The position numbers and the translations under genes were made by a program. A stretch of DNA of 64,000 nucleotides. Origin: Blasia pusilla (lineage: Eukaryota). The stretch spans positions 24,366,001 to 24,430,000 of the forward strand of contig CM114271.1 in assembly GCA_050084515.1 (NCBI GenBank), given 5' to 3'. The notes under the pieces were generated by a model that searched no databases, was not told where the DNA came from, and saw only the letters and a list, made by a program, of their open reading frames with translations. This document shows, one piece after another, positions 1 to 14,171 of this stretch (position 1 is its first letter; each line of letters opens with the position of its first letter).

Positions 1-673
1 ACCTATTGGATTTTGACGGATAGCATTTTTTAAGGAATGGAAGCTGGCTGCGTGGCCAACAGGTTTTCCTGACATTCTTCTTAGATTCAACCTTCGTCTA
101 TCATGCAACCTGTCGGAATCCGACAGGTTGCATGAAGAGAGGAAGATAGGAGAGAGGTCTACAAGGAAGGACTAAGAGGAAAATGGAAGCAATCAGCATG
201 ACTACATGTCGCATTCTGACCTGTTGCATGGAAGGATGATGCCTTAACTTCATTTCATTCTCTCCATTTGTTTTTTCACTAGCATTTCTAAACTCATGAC
301 GTCTACCAACATGTCGGATTCCGACATGATGAAAGGTTCATTGCCTTTATTTTCCTCGTAGTCCTTCTATGTGGGCCTTAAGGATCGATTTCTTTACCTC
401 AAACATATGTGTTTAAACAAACTTCCCAAATGCCCATCAGCATCATAGACACTTCATGGACCCATTCCTCAGCCAACATAGACGATTGATTTGTGGCCTC
501 CCAGTAGTTTGAGTCATAGTTGGAAATATTGGAACCCTTCAGTTCCTACCAAACTCACCAAATTTGCTATCATCTTTGTCAATCTCTAGGACTCTCGTGG
601 GAGAAAGTAAATCCCATATGTCAAGAAAGTATTGAAAGTATTTGCATATAAGAGTGATTAAGCTATATATAGA

Positions 674-676
<3 letters not shown>

Positions 677-713
<37 letters not shown>
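677..713. repeat. (AT)n microsatellite
   Basis: About 18 AT units seen directly. Confidence 0.95.
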
Positions 714-715
<2 letters not shown>

Positions 716-2065
716 ACGGATTAAGTGGTCTCCTTGTGTCTAGTTTTAGATTCAAGCGTGGAAAAACGAGGTTAGTTTATGACCCAATCTGATCCACTTG
801 TTACTCTCTTATAAAGATTTTTAGCATTTCAAAGAGAAAAACTTATAAAGAAACTAATAAAATTTTAGAAGAGAGGAGGCGGATTCTCTCTTCTCTTTTT
901 AAGAGAGACTCTCATCTCTTCCTCTCTTCCTCTCCTATACCATCAAACTAAAAAACTCTACCGTGTGCCAACCATGTGGCACTCTCTGCACATTCAAGTC
1001 CTCATTCAATCAACCTCATGTCTCATCATATTGATGGGTTAAGGCTCAACCCATTCACATTTTAGTTTGGGTGTCTTGGGCAATGGGCCACTTGAAAATC
1101 CTACTCCTTTAATAGCAATATTCACATAACAAGCCTCTATGTCAACTTGTCGAACTCCATCAACCATCCGAATGTCTGATGGTTGGTGACAAGTGCAAAT
1201 AGACTACCCAACAAGTAGCATATGAAATGCATGTATCATACTCTTGACTACAACTAAGCACGTGCAGTCTTCCTTATACAAGGTCTATCTTGCCTCCACA
1301 ATATTTTTTGAGTGGCTAGCATATGCATATGTCAATCTAAACTCCTTTCCTAACCAATTGGTAAAATATTGCTCCTAGTCCCAACGTGCTCTAGTCGATA
1401 GACAACCGGATCAACTTCCCTTTGATAGATTTCCTCAAAATAGGCATCGACACCAACATGTCTTTCAGCTATTGATCATATTCCCACTACCACTCTGGTC
1501 CATTCTTGCTAGGAAGATAAAATATGTGTATTCATGTCATCCATGTACGTAACATCTCCTCATCATGCCAACAAGCTCCCAATGCATGCGTTTGATTTGG
1601 AGATGGCTTATGACTGATCTCATATACATCTTGGTTGAGTCTAGCTTCTATGTTGATTTATCATATGGAAATAATAGTCTCGCAATGTGAAAGCTCATAT
1701 AGCAAGCTTCCCAATAAGGTTGTTGGACTCCATCAACCAATCACATGGTTGGTAATTTGTAATGAGAGTGAAGGGATTTCTAAACAAGTAAGATTTGAGA
1801 TGTGCCATGTTTTGCACTATAATTAGGCATACTCTCTCATGTGAGTTATACTCCATATTCATAGGCTTGTTTGAATGTGTAGCATATAGGAGTATAAACT
1901 CTCTATCCTTGCCATCATATTGAGTGAGTTCCGCTCCAAGTCCCAACATACTCCGATCCATGAGCAATTAGAAAGGAACCCCCCAAAATAATCTCCTCAA
2001 GATCGGCATAGACATCAATATATTCTCAATAAATTGGAATGCTTTCTCCTATTCATCACTTAGAT

Positions 2066-3375
2066 TGTCATAGATTATCATGTATATACTCCATTGAATA
2101 TATGATGGTCTTGTGTGTTGCGCAAGCTTATGTTGAACAGATCATACTCTCCTTATTGATTTGCATCCACACACTCATATTAGCCATAATTTGGGTCTAC
2201 CAACCTTATGTCTCTTGAATATTGATCTAGTATCATCCTTGAGCTCACTAAATCAAGATGAGACAAGATACCAACCTATCCCCTTACTTCCCTGCATAGA
2301 CAAGTCATTTGAGACTTGAGACAAAATTCCTTAACTCTAAGGACTTGAAACAACAATAGTTTGTTTGGCGGTCCCAATTAACTAAAGTACCTTGAACGAG
2401 TCTCTAACCATAACTCGATATTTGAATCACAAGCAAGGTCCAAGGTTGATATCCATTATTTGACTATTGGGACTTGGCTCGATGTCAAAATCCCCAAGCC
2501 AACCTCTCTATCTATCTCTATGGTTCCCAAGGTTATAGTATTTAGGTTCCAAACACCCTTCAAGACCAACCCCCTTATCTGTAGTTCAAGATATCTCCAT
2601 CCCCCGCTACATTTAGAGAAATTATCTTTGGTCGCTACTTGTGGCTCTTAACCCAACCATCATTAGGATACTCCATGAATGTTTTCTAAATCCCTTTCCG
2701 CATTCATCTAATTTTTAGTGCATCGGAATTAACTTCTCATAAGCTCTCTAACACGTTTTGATTCATCCCAAATACATCTTAGTTCTAGTCATTATGACCT
2801 CAAACATGGAGAAACCCAAATGCTCAATCAAGCTTCAATATAAATTATAGTTCCCTTAGTGCACCCCTCGTGCGAATTGTGTTTCTTCCAAGTTTCATCC
2901 CATGTTTCACCGTGATTATCCAATGCATAATCTGACTTATCTGATATGCTTATCAAAGCTTGCATCCCTCTTCTTCAACTCATGAGACTCCATTCATTTC
3001 TATTGAAGATTGAATTACAGTCAAGCTCATGAGACACATGAAATACTACATTTGGTATGCACACGAAGCAGGGAAGTTAATCTTGGTTAGTCAATTAAGC
3101 ACGATTATCTTAACTAGGATTAGTCAATCACAATTAGTCTAACTTGAGACTATGGTTAAGGGTAGGGTTAGGGTTGCTTGTACATACCCTATATAATTGA
3201 GAAGAGGACCAGCCTCCACTCATTCTCTCATTGCAAATTTCATTCTCCATGGTGGTGTGTGTGTGTGAGAGCCGTTTTCCACCAATTATGCTTGTTTAGC
3301 AGTTTTCTACAATTTCCATCCTAATGTGAGTCCGCTATAGTTTTAATATTCTACATTGGCATATTTTTGGGTATG
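2066..3375. repeat. Interspersed repeat (probable LTR remnant) inserted in gypsy copy B
   Basis: 2430-2660 resembles the reverse complement of ~33640-33910. 33990-34140 resembles 55020-55190. The segment separates gypsy RT from RNaseH. Ends approximate. Confidence 0.5.
3001..3311 (+). mobile_element. Solo LTR of the copia family at 34988-40256
   Basis: Matches 39945-40256 along its length. Termini TATTGAA...TTCTACA. Perfect 5-bp TSD ATTTC (2996-3000 / 3312-3316). Confidence 0.92.
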
Positions 3376-5229
3376 AGATTTCCCACACTTATAGTCCGTC
3401 TATGTCAATAAAGTACGAGGCTTTACAATCATAATCTTTATTCTTTGAGATATTTTCAACAAAATTGTACTAATCCCATGCGTGCAAAAACTCAACTTAC
3501 ATCCATAGGGTGGGGAATGGGTAAGATAGTCTTTAGGTTCACCTTTGAACATCGAGCCTAATTGGGTAGATTTTTCTAATCCAAGTACTTAGTCTAAGTA
3601 GATAATTAATACCTTGCATTGGAATAAGCTTTAGCCCATAGAATTACAATCATCAAAATACATTTGTGGGTTATTGTTGATATTCCTCAATTCACTACTA
3701 CAAAATCCCCCTCCGAATGACTAAAACAAAAGACTGAGTGTTACTCAAATTGAGGCTATGAGACTATGTAATTACTTAACCAGACTATTGTAATAAAAAT
3801 TACTCCTAGTCATATATGTTGTTACTCAAATAAATTCAAGTCATTTTTTAGTCTCATTTTTGTTACTTATTGTAGTCACTAAACACGACTTCACTCGGTC
3901 ATTGTTAATAACTAGGCAAACTCGTAAAAAATGAGTAGAAAAGTCATAAAACTGAATAGAAAAGTCATAAAGAATGACTAGACGAGTTATTCTTTATGTC
4001 TCGTATAGTCATAAAGAGTGACTAGGAAGAGTTATTTTACAAGTTATGACTTAAATAATAATGACTTTTTCTTAGTAATAAAGAATGACTCCTTCTGAGA
4101 AATAAAGAATGACTCCATGCGACACAATAGAATGACTTGTCCATGTCATATTACAATCATATCATATAGCTACAGATAGTCTGCAAAAGATATCTGCAAG
4201 TAACATAATCAACTATATGCAATCATTTATGTATATTATATTGGCGCATAGAGTCTATTGTGTATACATGACTACCATTAAATATGAATGACTCCTTCCT
4301 ACCCTTTGATGGACTTCATGATTGCCTTATGCTACATACCCTCTTATCACTTGTCATACATCAAAAAAAGGGCATGTAAAAGCCATTATGCTATAACTAC
4401 AGTCATAATACTGCCAGTATCATATGAAATTTTACATGCACATTATTATTGTAGCAACTCACATGTGTTCTAGCATATGATCACTTTTCACAATCACGTC
4501 GGAAGTGCTTGTCTATTGAAATCTGAAGCTAACAAATCCTTCTTACATCTAAGTGTGGCCATATCTACAAAGCTACCAAGTATATCCATTCACCCTCAAA
4601 TGAACTGTCTACCTACATGAAAACAATGCCTAGTGAATAGTGAATGATGTTTTATATGAAAAATATGGACTTACATTAAAACAAGGCCCAAATATATTTG
4701 AATTTCCACACTCAAAACTAAAACACAAAGGGAAGGTTCCTCTACTTCTTAGTACAAAACCTCCCTCTGAATGACTACACTACTACAAAGCCCCCCTTTG
4801 AATGACTCAAAATAAAGACTTAAATTTACAAGTACATTTGAATTGCCACACTCAAAACTAAAACACAAAGGGAAGGTTCCTCTACTTCTGATCATAAGAA
4901 GGCATAACAAGATGGGATGGCTATAACACAACACTATTAGGGGCATCTCCAACATAAATATGCAGGAAGAGAAGATAACTCCTCTTCCCAACTAAACATA
5001 ATAGAATAGAGAGTTCACAAAGAAGAGAATAGGAGAGAATAACTCTTCAAAATTGAACTGAATAGTATTGAATAGAACAGAATACAAGCCTCGTGGATGT
5101 GAATAAAGTGATTGAGCCAACAAGCTTACTATTACATTTGTAACAATTTTTTTAAAATTCCAAGCAAATATCCTAACAGAACATGACGCAATGTTCAATT
5201 AAAGCTTTTTGTCAAATGTTTTCTTTAAG

Positions 5230-6060
5230 TTATAATTACATACCCTTTCCAATGTCTTGTATATTCATATAAGACAACACAATATTGTTTCAGTGAAGAA
5301 CTTGCTATCAACTTTAAAGATACTCTTTTCTATTCTCATGAGATATCTTCTAAATTCATAAAACAGGGTCATTGTTTAGGCAGAGGTTTTTCTAAGCAGA
5401 GCCTGTATGTAATAGAATGTCAATCTTGTACTTTACATGCAAAAAGAGTTTTTCTCAATAAAGATGTTGTCTTCAATAAAGATATACCTTTCTCTATTTT
5501 AATGATTAACATTCATTATATTCTCTATTCTTCGATTATTTTCCATTAAAAAAATTTGAACCAAAAGCTAGTCATAAAGCATTACCCTAAACTACACTTT
5601 AGACAGATATTGAACTAGTGGGAGGCCCCCATTCAGACACTGTATCACATAAAATTCTTGAAATAGTGGGAAATCCTTAAGTGTAAATAGATGCTATGGC
5701 TTTAGAAAAAATCCATGGGGCATCTACCCACTTCTTTTCATCTTAGACGATCATATGACAAAAGCCCTCTCTAGACCAGATTCTCATGAATTTGAATACT
5801 TCTATTGAAGATGAAATTTCCTCTCTCCATAAAAATAAAACTTGGATTCTTGTATCCAATCCTCAAAAGCGCAAGTCATCCATGGTATCTACCAACATAA
5901 TCTCTTCCGAGATCTCCTGTAAATGGGTTTTCGAGATCAAACGGTCTTCTTCAGAAATTATTTTCAAGTACAAGACTAAGTTGGTAGCTAAGAGCTATTT
6001 ACAGAATGAAGGGATTGATTACGATGAAACATTCTCTCCTCTCATAAATAGATTATCACA
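5230..6060 (+). pseudogene. Copia pol remnant (RT N-terminus) inside the CACTA element
   Basis: ORF 5786-6079: SLHKNKTWILV...SCKWVFEIK...KYKTKLVAKSYLQNEGIDYDETFSP, typical of a copia RT start. Confidence 0.8.
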
Positions 6061-7691
6061 AAAAGATTTCAGAGATTGAATATCATAAATGAAGAAAAAA
6101 CACACGTTAGAAGCATTGAGTTTGTACATAATACAATTATTTATGCTCTATGTAGCATTTCATTATGATTATGAACAGAAATATTTTACCAACCAGTGCA
6201 AGATCATGATGTCAATGGATTTCCCAAAGACTATCAGATTCCTACCACATCCTATACCTCCTAGTTCCATTGCATTGAAGGATCTATTTCAAGTTTTTAG
6301 AAAAGAAAATAGAAATATGTAGCGTTTAGGCTAATTTTGAGCTTCCATGATAGACAAGGTTGCACGGAAAATAGACAAGTCCGAACATGTCCTCGGACAT
6401 GCCCGACCTATACCCAAGCCCGCCGTTTAGACCCGGGTTGACGAAGCCCGCATCCATGCGCGGCCCATGGCACGCCTGCAACTAGGCCCGCAGAAGGGCT
6501 TGGCCCCCATTTAACAAACTCAGGCCCACGGGCCTACATCACGAACTCGGTGCGAGCTCCTCTGCATGCCGTGCTATGGTTGTGGGATTTGTGAGCCTAG
6601 GTCTATGCGGCGGGCTGGGGTGTGGGCCGTAGGTACCCAAGCCCGCATGGAAATTTCCGTCCATGGGACGAACATAAGTCTACGGACAAGGACATGTTCG
6701 CGAACACAAAATTTGATCATATGTAACCATGGCATCATAACCATGGCATATGATGGTGGATCCAGAGTCCCATTGATGCATCTTGAGGAGATTGAAACAC
6801 GGAAAGGGCGGACCACAAGGGGAACATGATAGGATTGCAAAAGGAGAGTAGACGCCATTGGAACTTTGGGTGAGCGACTAGGTTGGGTACATCGTAATAT
6901 TATGGAATCGCAATTTACACATTTAAAAACCCAAGAAAACCTAAATACCTGCAAATATGTGCATATGTGATAGAGATATTATACTCATATATCTTAACCA
7001 AGAGTTATGATGCGAGACTGCGAAAGGAAGATCGAGGAGGCACACGAACAAACTCAAAAACTATTACAAAAAAACCAATTAGGAAAATTACACAATACTC
7101 CTTAAATAATATGCCTATACACACATCGGCTCCCAAAATTCAATCCAAATGTTGACTCCGAAATCGACTACAATACCTAACATCATTGAAAAACCCTAAA
7201 CGCAGCGTCGTGCTTCCCACTTGCCCCACCATTCCGTTCAACGGAAATTTCTATCCATGTAGACCTATAATAATACAAAGATTAACTTTGCCCTATTCCT
7301 ACACCCCTGCAAATTCAGCTTCCCAACCTCCCATAAGTCTCATCTCAAGATCTAGTGCCCCCCCTTTCCCCCCAAATCGGAAAAATCGATTCAAACTCTC
7401 TGAAGCTGCGAGAGCTCTATCACTTTTGTTGTTGTTTTGTTGTATGGACTGTGCAGTTGAATAACGAACAAGAGTGGAACATCACAATCAAGTTGGAATA
7501 AACAAATAACAAAATTTACAAATATAACAAGTATTCGTGTCCCATGACCTTTAAGTATAATCCTCTATTTCTGATCAACCCTCAACGTTCGATGTTTGGT
7601 ATGCTATAACGCTAACCATGGTCTCATTTGGCATGGGCATCTGCATCGCGCTTGTAGATGACATGATTATGGCTATCTTATTATTGTGTAA

Positions 7692-7941
<250 letters not shown>

Positions 7942-10900
7942 TGCTAGTTCCTGCACGATTGATGAAACCTAAACCCTAAATCGACTAGGAATTCCTTTTG
8001 CAATCCAAGTTCTAAATGCTGCTCCAAAGTTCTCCACTATCAAAATAATGAGAAATTATCAAACTGGGGGGAATAATACTCTTAAAAATCACATTTTGAG
8101 AATGGAGTTACAAAAGATTTAGAAAACCTAAATGCATCATGGTACTTAAAAGAAAGGGAGAGACAAAGGAGCCTAGGCAGCTTCTCTTGCAAATTCTCGC
8201 CCTAGAAGCCTCTCACAAACCCTAAATGCCACATAATTGTGGGCATTACTCTTATAATTTCCATGTCATTATTTCAAAATTCTATGAAATAAAAAATAAT
8301 TTCAATATTTGAAATATTACACGCACTAATTTTGTCTTTGTTATAAGAGTTAGTTCCGCATACTTTAGTGCATGTGACTTCAAAAGGATTTTAGTTTAAG
8401 ACACACCATACTATCTGATTAATTAATATAAAATAAATCTATGTGATATTAAATTATCGGAAGGAAAATAAAAGGACACCGAAATTTTTATAGTCTAGCT
8501 TAGTCATATTTTGTCTCCATCCCGATCCTGAACTCCCCCCTTCTGTGAATTCACAATAGTTAGTGAATGTGACTCCAACATCTTGTAAGTAATTCGATCA
8601 AAAGTCAATTTAGTGGTTTGGGAGTAGCAACGAGTAATTCAAACAAGTTCTAGTAACATAAATTACAAACACTGTGGTTTAAAATGGCCTCTTTTCTACT
8701 AATGATTTTGTTTTTGAAGAGTATGATGTCATCGAAGTATCACCCGAAAAAATCCAAACATGCAAAGATCTCATCCAAGATTCTATAAGACTCTATTGGG
8801 TTATTTTTCAATATAAATGATATAGAAATTTTGAATGGTATAAGCATCTTGAAAATCCAATGAGTTGAAGACCTATGTTTACCCAATAGGATCAAAGAAC
8901 TTCTCATGGATGGGCATCACCTACTTATCAGCCTTAGTTTTCCGATTGATAGGTCGAGAATCTCCACACATTCTTCTATCTATCCAATTTCCATGCACAC
9001 TCTTCTATGCAAGCATGACTGTTGCAAATGTACATTCTTGATATGACATCTGTTATAGCCCTTCCTCAATCAAATTCAACCTCTTATTTGAAAAAGGTCT
9101 CTCTCGATATTATTTTACCTATAGGACCTTTGAAAAATCAACATATCACTAAATAACTTAATACAAATCCATGTATCCTTCAACATACCTAGGTCATACA
9201 TGCTAAATGGAAAATTAGCTCCTACGACTCCTTATAAATAGTTGTATCTGACTAAACCGCTCCTCCTTTGTCAACTTGGATTAGATCTTTGGCTCATAAA
9301 TCTCAATCGTGACCTCTGTAGGAATCTTTAGGATGGGGTTTGGCTATTAATATGCAACCTCAAAAATACCCATGGAGCACGATTCGTCATCTACAACCAA
9401 CTCAAACATCTATACTCTTGTAATTGCTTAGAGATCAAGACGATGCACCACGTCAATTATAGTAGATGCCATCTCTTGGTGTGCTTATATCACTTACTAT
9501 TAATTCTATGTATATCTCTCTCACTCTCCTTTAGTCTTTCAATCTATTCTAGGCTAATCCTTGGACACTTCCTACATTGTCCCAATAGGAAATTAGCTCA
9601 CAAGTATAAGATAAGTGATATGTCTAGACTTGATTCGATGTTGCTCAATTTTGTCTAGATTGATAATCCATGTCAAACTACTTATGCACATTGCATAACA
9701 TAAAACTTGACGTTAAGATTCCTTTGAAAATGATGGGACTTCTCTCATATTTAAAGGAAATCCTATTGAAATCTCTCACTCAGAGGCATTGGGCCCCGCC
9801 AATTAATTGCTATGCTTGATTATCCAAAATCTAGCAAGGTTTGCCTTCCTTGAAAGCATGAGAGGTGGGGAGAATGAAACTAAATATGTTTGGTGTTGCC
9901 TATGACATGCCTACTCTATTCACCACTATCAATCGGGCTCAACCATCAGGCCAAACTTCTTGTGATCTACACCAAGGATCCATAATGGAATCGACCAAAA
10001 ACTGGGAAGGTTGTTGCATCCTTGTATATCCCATTCTCATGATCTCCTATTGCGACGAGTTCATCCATCATAGGCAGAGATGATGTCTTTGCAAACCCAT
10101 ACTCCCTACATCCATAAATCTTTCCCGCCGAATCCACCCGCAAATCTAGGGTATTCTTGTCATCACTTGTATTTAAGAGTCATCCAGATATGGTTCATTT
10201 TTTCACAATGTATGATGATGAGTGAGATAGATGTTGTATAAAATATCGTAATAACTGCATTATTTTCCTAAACAACATGGTTTCCGAGTCTCCAACATCA
10301 ACCCGATGTCTAGATCCTATGCCCCTAGTAGTGAGATAGCCTTAAGCCAAGAACTTTAGTAACCTTCCACATGCATTGTTGTACTCACTAAGAGATCTAG
10401 ATTTTGTAGCCTCGACAATTTAATTTTTTTGTGCTAAATCCTTAAGAAGATTGCAAAAGTTCATAGGGAATCGCTATAAATAAATGCATAATGGCTATTT
10501 AACTAGCATACAATCCTTATTTTTATTCTGTATTTATAAGACTTCTATTCATAAACTCATAATCCATGAATAAAATTCTAGGGGTCGGGATAAATTTAGA
10601 ACATCTTATAGCATGTTCTCTATACAAGTTGCCTAGTTGATCATATTGTGTAAGAATGCCCTAAATGCATGTGGAAGATTTTTTTATATATGAAAATCAC
10701 AACACATAAATGCATCGAAGACTCATACATGTGTCTAAATTTATCAATCTTTCAATCGATAACTGTTACATTTTAATAAAGTATTCAATAGATTGTAAAA
10801 ACAAAACAAACACAAATTCTTCTCATAGACTTATTGTCCTTACATATAGGGAATCATATATGATAATGATCTTTGTTTGAAACATTTATCCTTACTTGAA

Positions 10901-11611
10901 ACATCTTCCATCAATTTTTATTTTCATCTACAAGAAACTAATTACATGCAATTTTTGCATAGTCAGTAAAATTGAGTTGACAACATACATACCAATGATT
11001 GACCATCTAGAGGAAAACTCACTTGTGTGGGATTTTTCCTTGTTCATTGTGTTATATCTAGTCGTCTTAATACTACATGCCAACTTAAATGTTCACCTAC
11101 TATGATTAGAGCTAGTGATAAGAAAGAGCCCCAAATGGGCACTCTTATGATTAAACTAAATCCAAAGTTTTCAAATACCTAGAAAGATTTGATTTGCGCT
11201 CATCTAGAGTAAGCAAACAAAGCTATCTTGCGTATGAAGCTAATCAACAAACCACACTATTACAACTAATCATTTATGGATCATCAAATGGAAAACTATC
11301 TTCGCATCTATAATTAAAGAAATGCAATGTCACAAATATTGTGGTTATATTATTTATTCTAATCCATTATTAAGGATGTCTACAATCCAATATGCCATAT
11401 ATCCACCATATGGATTATGAAATATATCTCTCAAGAAATACATAATACCACGACCTTATCATTTCCGTGTTTGTAATCCATGCATTTCCAACGAGCCAGA
11501 AACATGGCTAAATGTACATATAACACCTTCTCTCTATAATAGCTTCAAGAATATAAATTGATAATTATTTCAATGGTTTTCATAATGACTTCTTCTTCTG
11601 TATGTGTTGCC

Positions 11612-11801
11612 TATTGGATTTTCAACATCCATTCCTCTAAGCACCACTAATCTGATCGGCCCCCTTGTATGAGGAGAAGCCTAGATTGATGGTTCCGACT
11701 TAGACGTCGAAGGAGTCATAGTAATATGACGTAGGTGGTTTACGGAGTAGCGGTACTAGGATTATCTAACCCTATATTGCATCAGGGTGCGGGGCACCCT
11801 G
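11612..11801 (+). mobile_element. 5' half of an LTR (same family as solo LTR 23807-24227)
   Basis: Highly similar to 23807-23996. Confidence 0.85.
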
Positions 11802-12102
11802 ATCCATTGATTTCAATAGGTCTGCTGAAGTAGGATTTAACACTCGTTGTGCTATCTTCCTCGTGTACAAGCGTAAAGTAGTTTATAGGGATTTTATAGT
11901 TAGGAATTATGGGGTCCGATGTTTCAAAGAAGTGATTGCCTTGACACTTCCATTTGTGATACCTATCATGAGAGAATGGAGAGTATACATAATAATTATG
12001 TATTGAAAAATAAGAACTTCTTAGAGAGTTCACCTTGCATCGACCACGTCTGCCGCTGCTAGAAGGCCTGCCCTTACTCGAAGAAAGGCTCTCGATACGA
12101 CA
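11802..12102 (-). mobile_element. Terminal fragment of the LTR family seen at 61929-63205
   Basis: Reverse complement of ~61929-62225. Ends ...ACGACA at 12102 and abuts copia sequence. Confidence 0.85.
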
Positions 12103-14171
12103 ACGCTCCATCTGAGCCTATTCCATCTCTAAATTTTTTTGTTAAGGAAGAGAATATGATAATAAACCAAAAGACTTTGCTTATAAATTTCCCAAGTACT
12201 ATTGCAGGATAAGGAGAGGTTCTAGATTCTTTAGTTAAATTTGTCAATCCATGGCCGGGAAGAGTACGTATTAAGTCTCTTGACACTAGTTAGAGCTAGA
12301 CCAGATGTGAGAGGCATTCACCTCTGAACAACAAATTTGTAGATCAAGTAGCGTCACATACGAGATCACACATCCTATTCATAGATTCATAAATGAAAAA
12401 TTCCTTATAACACATGATGCATATATGATGACTGCCCTTAAAAAATAAAAGGAGCAAAGTTACTTTGAAGAAGTTGCAAGCAAGGTCGAATGGATTGAAG
12501 CTATGGAGGAAGAGCTTGCTGCATTAAAATATCAACAAACCTAGGAGTTGGTTGATATATCTTATGGTAAAGAAGTTATTGGTTGCAAATGGGTTTACAA
12601 AGTCAAGCGCAGTCAAAATGGTATAGTGAACAAATACAAAGCCACATTGGTAGCCAAGGGCTAATAATATGGCATTGATTATGAGGAGATATTTAGCCAT
12701 GTTGCAAATATGGCGAGTACGAGAACATTGGTTGTAGTTGCAGAAAGTTAGAAATGGAGATAACATTACATAAATGTCAAAAATGCCTTCTTGAATGTAG
12801 ATCTACACGAAGAGGTACATATGACTCAACCACCTAGATATGAACATCCAAAGTTTCCATTTCGCATATGCAGGTTGAAGAAAGCTCTCTACGGGCTCAA
12901 ACAAGCTCCAAGAGTTTGGTATGGCAAGATTACATACGTCCTATAAAAGTTTGACTTTAGGGTATGTGATTCTAACTCCTCGTTATACATCTTGAGAGGA
13001 AAACATCATACGGTTATCATTGTGTTGTATGTTGTTAACCTCTTGATAAGTGGGAGTACTAAGGATATGATACAACAAGTTAAGCTAAAGTTACAAACAT
13101 AATTTGATATAAAGGACTTGGGAGAACTCAAGTAATTCCTTGGTGTTGAGTTTATCAAGGTAGGAGAGAGCATGTGGTTATTATAACGACAATATGCTCT
13201 TCACATGCTTTCAAAATATCGTATGATGACTTGTTAGCCAATCTCTACACCGTTGGACCATAGTATGAAGGTAGGAGTGGATGAAGGAGAGTTGCTTGCA
13301 GATTCTAATATGTAGGGGCATATGGTTGGAAGTTTGATCTATTTGACTATAACCAGACCAGACTTGAGCTATACAATTAGCCTAGTGAGCCAATTAATGC
13401 AAGAAGCTCGAAAACCTCACCTTGATGTTATGAGGAGGATTATGCGGTATCTAACATTATCTTTTCAATTCGGGTTTTGACTTGAATCTTCCCCGAGTTT
13501 ACAATTATAGGGATTCACACATGCTGATAGGGTAGGAAGCGTGTCTTATACACACTCCACATCTGGTTATTCATTTACCTTGGGAAGCGTAGCTATAAGT
13601 TGGGCTTTAAAGAAGCGACCTACATTTGCTTTATCTTCAATAGAGGCTGAGTACACAAGAGCAACCAATGCAGCATGTGAGGCGATGTGGCTTCATCGAT
13701 TACTTGTTGAGATTGATGTTATTAACTTAGGACCTAGTGTAATATATGCAGATAATATTAGTAGCATCAAGCTTGCTCATAACCTTGTGTTTCATGCTCG
13801 AACAAAGCAGGTTGAGGTGGAGTATTATTTTATCAGAAAGAAAGCGCTTGCCAGAGAAAATGATCTTGTGTATATATGTACACATCAACAAATTGTTGAT
13901 ATCTTTACAAAGGCATTGTGTAGAGATAAGTTTGAGATGTTTAGAAATGATTTAAGTGTTAGATATATCGGTATGAGTTTGAGGGGGAGTATTGAAGAGA
14001 GAGTTATAGTCAAGCTCATCGGACAATCGAATTGCTATATTTGATACTCATACGAAGTTGGGAAGCTTATTCTTCGTAAGTTTGTTAAGTGCGAATATCT
14101 TGTTCTTCATGGTGGTGTGTAAGTGGGAGAGTCGTATCCCACCAGTTATGCTTGTTTATCAATTTTCTACA
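12103..14171 (+). mobile_element. Truncated Ty1/copia element (INT-RT linker, RT, RNaseH, internally deleted 3' LTR 13990-14171)
   Basis: Homologous to 38065-40256. RNaseH ORF 13541-14044 (STSGYSFTLGSVAISW...FHARTKQVEVEYYFIR). PPT GAGGGGGAG at 13981-13989. Many stop codons. Confidence 0.92.
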
